From an uncultured Acidobacteriota bacterium (GTDB lineage: Bacteria > Acidobacteriota > Thermoanaerobaculia > Multivoradales > SZUA-115): DNA of 64,000 nt. This document shows, piece by piece, positions 16,605-24,492 of this stretch. The position numbers were made by a program, and so were the translations under genes. The notes beneath the pieces are model-generated. The model had not been told where the DNA came from. It saw only the letters and a program-made list of their open reading frames with translations, and made no database searches. Location: assembly GCA_963805975.1 (NCBI GenBank), contig CAWDVR010000002.1:320001-384000 (forward strand). Direction: 5' to 3'. Position 1 is the first letter of the stretch, and every line of letters begins with the position of its first letter.

Positions 16605-19046
16605 TCAGCCATCGCGCAGACTGAGCAACGGGTCCACTCGCGCCGCCTTGCGGGCGGGAAGGTAGCAGGCGGCGAGAGAGACCACGGCGAGGATCGCGGT
16701 CACCCCTCCCAGGGTGGCGGGGTCGGCGGGCGCGACGCCGAAAAGGAAGCGGGAGAGCAGCCGCCCGACGGCGAGCGCGCCCGCAAAACCGGCGGCGAGC
16801 CCGATGGCCGTGAGCTTCATGCCTTCGCCGATCACCAGCCGCAGGAGATCGGCCCGGCCGGCGCCGAGCGCGAGCCGCAGGCCGAGCTCCTTGGCGCGGC
16901 GGCCGACGGCGAAGGCGAGCACGCCGTAGAGGCCCACGGCGGCGAGCGCCAGGGCGAGCAGCGCCGAGAAGCCGGAGAGGCCCGCCGCCATGCGCTCCGC
17001 GACCAGCGTGCCAGTAAAGAACTGCGCCAGCACCGCCGGCTGGACCACCGGCACTCGGGGGTCGAGCTGACGCACCACCGCCTCGAGGTCCGGCAACCGC
17101 GCCAGGGGATCGCCGGCAACGCGGGCGAGGAGCGCCATGCTCCCGCCCAGGCTCGACGCCGGCACCTGCCGGTGCTCGAGGAAGACGGCCGGCCGCGCCC
17201 CTTCGCGCAGGGACTCGGTGGCCGCGTCCTCGGCCAGGCCCACCACCTCGAAGTAGGGCCCGCCGGGGCCGTTGAAGCTCAGTCGTTGACCGACCGCCGG
17301 ACGCCCGGCCCAGCCTTCGAGGGCCCGCCCCGCCGCGCGGTTCACGACCACGGCCAGGGGCCGGCCCTCGCCGTCCTGATCACCCAGCGCGCGGCCGGCA
17401 AGGAGCGGGATGCCCAGGGCGGCGAAGTAGTCGCCGCCGACCACGCTGACGTAGAGCATGCGCTCTCCTTCGGCGACCGGCGGCGCGCCCTCCACGGTCA
17501 CCGAGTTGGTGTCCGCGCCCTGTCCGGGCAAGGAGCTGGCGAAACCCACCGCCGCGACGCCGGGAAGGGCCGCCAGCCGCTCGCGGAGCCGGCGGTAGAA
17601 GTCTCGGCTCTCCTCGGCGCTGTAGCCTTCGAGCTGCGGGTCGAAACCTGCCACCAGCACCTCCTCGGCCGCGAAGCCCGAGGCTCCCTGCAGAGCGGAG
17701 AGGGTGCGGGTGAAGAGGCCGGCGGTGGCGAGCAGCACCAGCGACAGGGCGACCTGCGCCACCACCAGGATACGGGACAGAGCCTGCCCGCGTGCGCCGC
17801 CGACGCTCCCCGCCTCATCGCGCAGCACCGGCGCGACCGCCAGCCGCCGCGCGCGGATGCCGGGTGCCAAGGAGAACAGCAGGGCCGAAGCGAGGGAGGC
17901 GGCGGCCGCGAAGGCCACCACCCGGCCGTCCGGCGTCAGGTCGGGCTCGAAGGCGGCCAGGGAGGAAGCCAGCAGGTCGCCGGCCCACAGGGCCGCGAGT
18001 AACGAGAGGGCGCCGCCGGCCGCCGCCAACAGCAGGCCTTCGAGCAGCAGATGGCCCACCAGCCGGGCGTTGCTCGCACCCAGGGCGCGGCGCACCGCGA
18101 GCTCCCGCCGGCGCTGGATGCCGCGCGCCAGCATCAGGTTCGAGACGTTGACCGACGTGGTGAGCAGGACCAGTGCCGCCACCCCCATGAGCAGGGCGGA
18201 GAACGAGACCACCTGGCCGCGCATGGAGGGCGACAGGGAGGCCTTGTCGAAGGGCACCAGCACCGGCTGGCGGCCACGGCTCTCGGGATGCTCCCGGCCG
18301 ATGCCGGCCGCCACTCGCTCGAGGTCGGCACGCGCCGCCTCGAGCGAGACCCCGGCCCGCAACCGGCCGACCATGTGGATACCGCTCCAGTTACGGTTCA
18401 ACAGCAACGCTTGACTGCCGGGCATGAACACCGGCTGCTGGGTGATCGGCACGAAGACCTCCGGCCTGGTGCTCCACACCACGCCGCGGAAGCCCTCGGG
18501 CGCCACGCCCACCACCTCGAAGTCGCGGCCATTCAGGGTCACCGACCTGCCCACCGCACCGGGGTCGGCCCCGAAGCGGTCGCGCCACAGGCCGTGGCTC
18601 AAGACGGCCACCGCCGCACCGCCCTCGGGCTGGTCCTCCCCGGCCACGAAGAAGCGCCCGGCCGCGGGCGTGAGGCCGAGGGCCGTGAAGTAGTCCGCGC
18701 TCACCAGCGCGCCGCTCAGCCGGTCGCTGCGCTCGCCCGCCGTCAGGTCCAGCCCCAGGTGCTTGTAGGCGGCGAGGCCGGCGAAGGTCGAGCTCTCGCG
18801 GCGCAGGTCCACGAAGTCGGCATAGGAGGAGACGCCCGGGGCCCGCTCCTCGCGCGTGAAGACGGCCACCAGCTCCTGCGGGTCGGGGATCGCGGGCAGG
18901 GGCCGGAGCAGCAGGGCGTTGACCACCGTGAAGACCGTGGTGTTGACGCCCAGCCCCAGGGCCAGCGTGGCGAGGATGGTCACCGAGAGGCCGGGGCTCT
19001 TCGCCAGTCCCCGGACCGCCAGTCGAACTTCGTTGAGCAGGGCCAT
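16605..19046 (-). CDS. Duplicated MacB/FtsX-type ABC permease (ADOP-like)
   Basis: TLALGLGVNTTVFTVVNALLLRPLP; two FtsX segments (RRRELAVRRALGAS, KELGLRLALGA); C-terminal PARKAARVDP. Confidence 0.9.
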   Translation of the reverse strand: MALLNEVRLAVRGLAKSPGLSVTILATLALGLGVNTTVFTVVNALLLRPLPAIPDPQELVAVFTREERAPGVSSYADFVDLRRESSTFAGLAAYKHLGLDLTAGERSDRLSGALVSADYFTALGLTPAAGRFFVAGEDQPEGGAAVAVLSHGLWRDRFGADPGAVGRSVTLNGRDFEVVGVAPEGFRGVVWSTRPEVFVPITQQPVFMPGSQALLLNRNWSGIHMVGRLRAGVSLEAARADLERVAAGIGREHPESRGRQPVLVPFDKASLSPSMRGQVVSFSALLMGVAALVLLTTSVNVSNLMLARGIQRRRELAVRRALGASNARLVGHLLLEGLLLAAAGGALSLLAALWAGDLLASSLAAFEPDLTPDGRVVAFAAAASLASALLFSLAPGIRARRLAVAPVLRDEAGSVGGARGQALSRILVVAQVALSLVLLATAGLFTRTLSALQGASGFAAEEVLVAGFDPQLEGYSAEESRDFYRRLRERLAALPGVAAVGFASSLPGQGADTNSVTVEGAPPVAEGERMLYVSVVGGDYFAALGIPLLAGRALGDQDGEGRPLAVVVNRAAGRALEGWAGRPAVGQRLSFNGPGGPYFEVVGLAEDAATESLREGARPAVFLEHRQVPASSLGGSMALLARVAGDPLARLPDLEAVVRQLDPRVPVVQPAVLAQFFTGTLVAERMAAGLSGFSALLALALAAVGLYGVLAFAVGRRAKELGLRLALGAGRADLLRLVIGEGMKLTAIGLAAGFAGALAVGRLLSRFLFGVAPADPATLGGVTAILAVVSLAACYLPARKAARVDPLLSLRDG

Positions 19047-19233
19047 CGTCGCTCCTCCCGTCCCGCGCAGGACGCGTTGCGGCGCCGGCAGTGCAAGCCA
19101 CGAACCAGCGCGCCGGAGGCCGAAAGACGGCGAAGAAGGGTAACCGGGCGCCTCGCGGCTCGGCGCGCTGTGCGGACCTGGGACGTGGCAGTCCCAGGTC
19201 CGGTACGCCGCGCTGCTTTCTCTGGGAGGGCTG

Positions 19234-21108
19234 CTAGATCAGATCCCGGAGGGTCAGCACCACATTGCGGCTCGCCCCCCCGCGCTCGACGGTCAGCTCG
19301 ATGTCGCTTCCTACAGGGCGCGTGCGGAACATGATGCGCAGGTCGGCGAGCGAGAGGCCCGCCGCCGGCCGGCCGTTGACGGCGGTGATCGCGTCGCCCA
19401 CCGCGAGACCGGCCGCCGCCGCCGGGCCGCCGGCCACCACGTCCTCCACCGTGAAGCGATCGGCGCGGCCGCCAGCGTCTCGGGAGAGGTTGACCCAAAT
19501 GCCGGCGCGGTCGTAGGGCTCCGGCTTGTCGAACGAGTCGTTGGGCTCGAGGATCATCTGCTTGCGGCCGTAGTCGAAGACCACCGTGAACCGCTTGAGC
19601 ACGCCGCCGCCCACGTTGCCGGCGAGGTAGGGGTCGGCAAATGCGCCCTTCTGGACCTGCGGCAGGTCGAGGAGCGGCGCCGGCACCCCGACAGTGCCCA
19701 GCTCGAGCAGCCCGGCACGGGCCAGGAGCCCGCGCACGCCACCGCCCACGCCCCAGCCGGTGAGCGCCTCGAGGGTGGCGCCGTACTTCTCCCGCAGGCG
19801 GTGCTCGGCGGCGAACGGCGCGTGCACCGAGAGCGAGGCGCGGCTGCCGGTGTCGATCGAGAAGGTGCCGGGGATGCCGTCGAGCTTGCCCTGGACCTGC
19901 GGCGTGCGGTCCTTGAAGGTGAACGGCACGGCCACCCCCTGGCCGCGATACTGGAAAGCCTCCGGGCGGGTGAGAGTCAGCCGCCGGCCGGCGTAGTCGA
20001 TGGTCACCACCAGGCGCTGGAAGACCTCGAAGCCCACCAGGCCCGCGAGCTCCACACCTTCGACGCTCTCCAGGTTGGCGAGCGGCAGCACGAAGAAGAG
20101 CTGGTCTCTGAGCCGCAGCTTGCCGAGCCCCACCTCACCGACGTGGGTCAGCTCGAGCTCCTCGGTCCCCTCGCCGGAGCCCCGCGCCTCGAACGAGCCC
20201 TGGGTCTCGAGGCCGAGCGCCTTGACGGTCGCGGGAGTCAGCACGTTGGCGCCGCCGGTGTCGACCAGCATACGGAACGGCCCTTTGCCCTCGAGCATGA
20301 TCCGCGCGTAGATGTGGTTGTTGATCAGCTCGAAGGGCACGGTGGTGGCGACCTTCTCGTCCTCGAAGGAGAAGTCCGTGACCTTCGACTCGGGCACGCG
20401 GTAGGCGTCCGCGGCCGTCTGGCGATCGAGCTCGACCGCGACCGCCCGCGCCACCTGGTCGTAGCGCGCCTGGCCGGTCGACGAGCGCTGCACGAAAGGC
20501 AGCCGCACGCCGGCCACCGGCCGGTAGTCGGAGAACCGGCGGGTGCTGGTGCGGGTCGGACCGTGGTCGACGGTGCGGTCGAGCAGGAGGCTCTCGGCGT
20601 CGAGCCAGAGCTCGAGCGCGCGGCCTCGCTCGGGCGTCACCGACAGCACCTCGAACGACCGCTCCCCCTCCCGCTCGCGGCGCGCGTAGACGACCTTCGC
20701 CGGCCAGCGTTCGGGGAAGAAGTGCCCCAGGCAACGCAGGTAGGCCTCGTTGGCGGCTTCCTCGGCGCTCTCGCGGTCGTCCGTGACGTGGACCTGGCCG
20801 GAGCCGTCGCGCGACCACGACGCCGCGCCGTCGAAGCCGGCCGTGCCCTCGACCGGCCCCAGCTCGAAGGTCGAGGTCATGCGGCCGGCCACCAGGTCTT
20901 CCCACACCTCGGCGGCGCCGGTGAGGCCGCCGGCCTCGACCTCCGCCCTGGTGTAGAGGGTCCGCTTGCCGTCCCAGGCGGCTCCGCCGGAAGCCTCCTT
21001 GGCACGCGCCAGGAGGGCTCGCGGGTCGGGAGGCGGCTCCGCGGCCCGCAGCGGGCCAACCCCGCCAAGACAGGCCAGAAACATCAGGACATAGAGGAGG
21101 CTCCGCAT
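19234..21108 (-). CDS. Exported double retropepsin-like aspartyl protease with PDZ domain
   Basis: Signal peptide from ATG 21108; two Asp motifs, LVDTGG and IDTGS; C-terminal PDZ (VVAGGPAAAAGLAVGDAITAVNG). Confidence 0.85.
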   Translation of the reverse strand: MRSLLYVLMFLACLGGVGPLRAAEPPPDPRALLARAKEASGGAAWDGKRTLYTRAEVEAGGLTGAAEVWEDLVAGRMTSTFELGPVEGTAGFDGAASWSRDGSGQVHVTDDRESAEEAANEAYLRCLGHFFPERWPAKVVYARREREGERSFEVLSVTPERGRALELWLDAESLLLDRTVDHGPTRTSTRRFSDYRPVAGVRLPFVQRSSTGQARYDQVARAVAVELDRQTAADAYRVPESKVTDFSFEDEKVATTVPFELINNHIYARIMLEGKGPFRMLVDTGGANVLTPATVKALGLETQGSFEARGSGEGTEELELTHVGEVGLGKLRLRDQLFFVLPLANLESVEGVELAGLVGFEVFQRLVVTIDYAGRRLTLTRPEAFQYRGQGVAVPFTFKDRTPQVQGKLDGIPGTFSIDTGSRASLSVHAPFAAEHRLREKYGATLEALTGWGVGGGVRGLLARAGLLELGTVGVPAPLLDLPQVQKGAFADPYLAGNVGGGVLKRFTVVFDYGRKQMILEPNDSFDKPEPYDRAGIWVNLSRDAGGRADRFTVEDVVAGGPAAAAGLAVGDAITAVNGRPAAGLSLADLRIMFRTRPVGSDIELTVERGGASRNVVLTLRDLI

Positions 21109-21141
21109 GGTGGTCTCCGTTCCTTGAATCCGCGTGAAGAG

Positions 21142-21212
21142 TGGGTTCCCGCTTTCGCGGGAACGACGTCTATGGAGGCGCTGTTCGTCATGCCCGCGAA
21201 AGCGGGCATCCA
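21142..21212. repeat. Inverted pair of CGTC-type REP-like palindromes
   Basis: TGGGTTCCCGCTTTCGCGGGAACGACG..17 nt..CGTCATGCCCGCGAAAGCGGGCATCCA; each copy is self-complementary and the two are inverted. Confidence 0.75.
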
Positions 21213-21242
21213 CCCGGTCCGGCGTTCGAGAATCGCGTGACG

Positions 21243-21968
21243 CTACCGGCCGAAGCGGCGCTGGCGCTGATGGTACGAGCGCAGGGCTCGCAGGAGGTCG
21301 ATGCGGCGGAAGGCGGGCCAGTGCGTGTCGCAGAAGTAGAACTCCGCGTAGGCGCTCTGCCACAGCAGGAAGCCGGACATCCGCACCTCGCCGCTGGTGC
21401 GCAGGATGAGATCCGGCTCGGGCAGCCCGGAGGTGTAGAGGTAGGGCTCGATGGCCCGGTCGTCGAAGCTCGCCAGCACCTCGGCCACCGAGCGGCCGTT
21501 CTTCGCGTGGTCGGCGAGGTAGCGGCGGAAGGCCTCGCTGATCTCCTCGCGGCCGCCGTAGGCCATGGCGATGTTGAGCTGGAAGCGGTCGTAGCCGGCG
21601 GTGGCGCGCTCGGCGTTGGCGATCGCCTGCCGCAGGCCCTCGGGCAGGAGCTCGAGCTTGCCCAGGTAGCGCACCCGCACCTGGTTGGTGTGCACGTCCG
21701 AATGCTCGGCCAGTCGCCGGGTCTCGCGCTCGAAGAGGTGCAGCAGGGTCTCGACCTCGCTGGTGTCGCGGTTGAGGTTGTCGAGCGAGAAGCTCCAGAC
21801 CGTGACCACCGGGATGCCGAACTCGTAGCACCAGGACAGAACCTCGCGCAGCTTCTCGGCGCCGCGCGCGTGGCCGTCGGACGGGTTCGAGAACCCCGAC
21901 TCGCGGGCGAACCGGCGGTTGCCGTCCATGATGATGCCGATGTGGTGCGGGACTCGCCAGCCGGCCAC
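21243..21968 (-). CDS. uppS: cis-Isoprenyl diphosphate synthase (UppS family)
   Basis: PHHIGIIMDGNRRFAR, FSLDNLNR, YGGREEI, PDLILRTSGEVRMSGFLLWQSAY. The true N-terminus probably extends upstream. Confidence 0.9.
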   Translation of the reverse strand: MAGWRVPHHIGIIMDGNRRFARESGFSNPSDGHARGAEKLREVLSWCYEFGIPVVTVWSFSLDNLNRDTSEVETLLHLFERETRRLAEHSDVHTNQVRVRYLGKLELLPEGLRQAIANAERATAGYDRFQLNIAMAYGGREEISEAFRRYLADHAKNGRSVAEVLASFDDRAIEPYLYTSGLPEPDLILRTSGEVRMSGFLLWQSAYAEFYFCDTHWPAFRRIDLLRALRSYHQRQRRFGR

Positions 21969-22256
21969 CTCGGAGGCCAGATGGCGCTCGTAGAGGGCGT
22001 AGAACGGACGCTTGACGAGGCCCTTGGCGATCTGCCAGACGATGGGCAGGCGCCGCGTGTGACGCTGCGCCTCACGAGATGCGATCGGCGTATCCAGGTG
22101 AAGGTTCCTCGGAGGGGAAACCGAGCGCTGGCTCGGCGACCGGGCTGATACTAACAGTCCCGCGGCAGTGACGCTCCGAGACGCCGGCAGAACGGCCGGC
22201 GAAACGTGCTCTTTCGATTACAGTAGGGCCATCTTCTCTACTGAAAGGAGTGTCGA

Positions 22257-22679
22257 ATGAGCGGGAAGGAATTCATGCCGAAGGTGTACCGACTCGACGT
22301 GGTGGTGGACTTCACCGACCCCGACAACCCCACCTGGGGGTTCCATACGGGGGCTGTCGAGACCGACACCATCACCATCGACGCTTACCTGAGCATCCTC
22401 TACCTCTACTTGGAGCCGAGAGGAGTGCCGGACCCCGAAAACGTCGTCTTCGCCTCGAACGTCCAGTGGAAGGACAGCGCGGGCAGGCCGGCCGCCAACC
22501 CCAGTTGCCTGGCGGTGCAGCGGCAGAACGATCACGTGATGTCGATCGTCGACGTCAACGGCGAGATCTCGCGCCTCGACGAGGAGCAGGCGTTCTCCTT
22601 TTTCGTGAGCGTGCTCTACGGCGCCCGGATGTATTCCTCGCCGGACCCGACGATCATCAATCGCGAGCCCCCGCCGTAG
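22257..22679 (+). CDS. Small beta-rich hypothetical protein with C-terminal SPDPTIIN (DP-EP-like) motif
   Basis: AAGGAG SD before ATG; fills the gap between a divergent and a convergent gene; no signal peptide. Confidence 0.75.
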   Translation: MSGKEFMPKVYRLDVVVDFTDPDNPTWGFHTGAVETDTITIDAYLSILYLYLEPRGVPDPENVVFASNVQWKDSAGRPAANPSCLAVQRQNDHVMSIVDVNGEISRLDEEQAFSFFVSVLYGARMYSSPDPTIINREPPP

Positions 22680-22781
22680 GCCATCCGAGAGAGCCGGCTT
22701 CGCGGCGGCAGGCGGGGCCGCCGCCCTGGCGCGCGCCGGCAGGCGAGGATCTCGCCCCAGGGGAAGGAGCGTTCGAGGGTT

Positions 22782-24071
22782 TCATTCCCCTGGCTCTTCA
22801 GGGGTAAACAGCCGGCGGCCGGTCTGCCGGATGCGCTGGAGCACCTTGTCGACTGTGCCGCAGTGGTCGTGAATCTTGATCCGCACCTGGACAAATGCCT
22901 GCTCCGCCCGCTGCATCAGGTAGGGGAGATGCGCCGTCTCGTCAACGAAGTAGACCGAGGGCTTGCCCAGGGCGAGAGCGATCCCCGCCTCGTAAATCAC
23001 GCTCGAAAGCCGCTTCTCGGGATAGAAGAGCAGGAAGTAGCGGCTCTCCTTGAGCGCTTGGTAGTCATCGCCCAGCGACTGGTCCTGCGCCTCGAAGTCC
23101 GCGATCCTCTCGAGGTTCCTGCCGGCGAAGAACACCGAGCGGCAGCCGCAATACTGCAGCAGCGCCTGCTCGATGCTCAGGGCGCTGTTGCGATAGCGGC
23201 TGTAGGACTCTTCGTCCGTGAGGGCGGCCATCGGGGCCGCCAGGAAGACGTCGTAACGGTACCGGCTGAAGGCGGTCTGGATCTTGTCGCGAACCCAGAG
23301 GTAGACGTCGCTCTGGGCATCCCGGGGCTTGACGATCTCGGTGTGGGAGCCGCGGACGACCTTCTTGCGTTTGGAGGCCAGGCCGATCCCCGCGCTCAGG
23401 GGATGGACCCAGAGATCGGTCGCCCCCAAGACCGCCCAGGTGGGGAGGGTGAAGCGGTCGGGAACATCGATGCTCTCGTCGAGGTAGAGGTAGTCCTGGA
23501 ACTTCTCGTTGGTCCGCTGGACGAGCTCGCTGTTGCTGCGCAGAGCGCGGATGTCCGAGGTGACCCCGGGAAGCCAGGACGGCAGCCACGAAGAACCGAG
23601 CTGCGGGGTGGCCATGAGGATCAGCCCGCTCAGCCTCGCGATGGGCGAGTGCTCGCGCGTGTCCAGCAGCTTGGCGATCGCCGCCTTAGAGAGCAGGCCT
23701 CCCATGCTGTGCCCCACGAGGACGATGCTCTGGTAGTCGGCCAAGTCGTCCCGGAGGATCTGGGCGAAGACCTCGGCCTCATGGTCGAGCGAGATCGACC
23801 TCCAGAATTTGAGCCGTCGGAACATCGTGACGTAGGAGTACAGACCTATGTCGACATCTCCGAGGTCATGGAACAGGAAGCTGGGTAGAGAGCCCCAGGT
23901 CGAGCGTGCGCCGTAACGGCTGCCGCCAAGGCCGTGCACGAGCACCACCAGGCGCCGGTTGTCGGTGGGCGAGGAGCGCTGGTGGACGACCAGCGCCTCT
24001 TCCTCGAGGGCTCGGTCCTCGGGCTCGCCAAACGTCGGTTGCGTGATCCGCTTCATTGACTCCGGTCTCAT
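22782..24071 (-). CDS. Alpha/beta hydrolase (lipase-like) fused to a nucleoside 2-deoxyribosyltransferase/TIR-like domain
   Basis: VLVHGLGG, GHSMGG, TDLWV, GSHTEIVKP; then YDVFLAAPM..SSVIYEAGIALALGKPSVYF. Confidence 0.8.
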   Translation of the reverse strand: MRPESMKRITQPTFGEPEDRALEEEALVVHQRSSPTDNRRLVVLVHGLGGSRYGARSTWGSLPSFLFHDLGDVDIGLYSYVTMFRRLKFWRSISLDHEAEVFAQILRDDLADYQSIVLVGHSMGGLLSKAAIAKLLDTREHSPIARLSGLILMATPQLGSSWLPSWLPGVTSDIRALRSNSELVQRTNEKFQDYLYLDESIDVPDRFTLPTWAVLGATDLWVHPLSAGIGLASKRKKVVRGSHTEIVKPRDAQSDVYLWVRDKIQTAFSRYRYDVFLAAPMAALTDEESYSRYRNSALSIEQALLQYCGCRSVFFAGRNLERIADFEAQDQSLGDDYQALKESRYFLLFYPEKRLSSVIYEAGIALALGKPSVYFVDETAHLPYLMQRAEQAFVQVRIKIHDHCGTVDKVLQRIRQTGRRLFTPEEPGE

Positions 24072-24105
24072 GGGCGAGCCTACCAGAGGGCTCGATGGCT
24101 CGAGC

Positions 24106-24492
24106 TCAAGGGGCCACGGCCTGGAAGGCGAGGAAGCCCAGCACCACGAGCACGGCTTCGGCGAAGGCCCAGAGCAGCAGGTCCGCGGTGCCGGACGAAG
24201 AGGGGGCGAGCCGCAGGCAGGCGACGACGAAGGCGAGCCCCGCGAGGCCCAGGACCGGCGCCCAGCTCTTGGCCGCTCGCGGCGACCGGCGCCGGAGGCC
24301 GTAGGCGAGAGGCAGGATGCCGAGCCCTGTCCACGCGAGCGCCCAGAGGGCGTTGCTCAGCACCAGGCTCTCGAAGTCGAAGGCCGGCGCCGAGCCCGTG
24401 GAGGCTTCCGCCCAGTGGAAACCCAGGTGGAGGACCACCGGCAGCGAGAACAGCACTGCGAAGCCGGTGGCCGCCGCGGCCAAGGAGCTCAC
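24106..24492 (-). CDS. Small 4-TM membrane protein
   Basis: GTG overlaps the kinase TGA (GTGA); four hydrophobic stretches at the 3' end of the 24106..25215 frame. Confidence 0.65.
   Translation of the reverse strand: MSSLAAAATGFAVLFSLPVVLHLGFHWAEASTGSAPAFDFESLVLSNALWALAWTGLGILPLAYGLRRRSPRAAKSWAPVLGLAGLAFVVACLRLAPSSSGTADLLLWAFAEAVLVVLGFLAFQAVAP

Noticed and set aside
21109-21831. N-terminal 241 aa of the 865-aa ORF 19234..21831
   Set aside because: It overlaps uppS in another frame and crosses the REP doublet; the signal peptide begins at ATG 21108.
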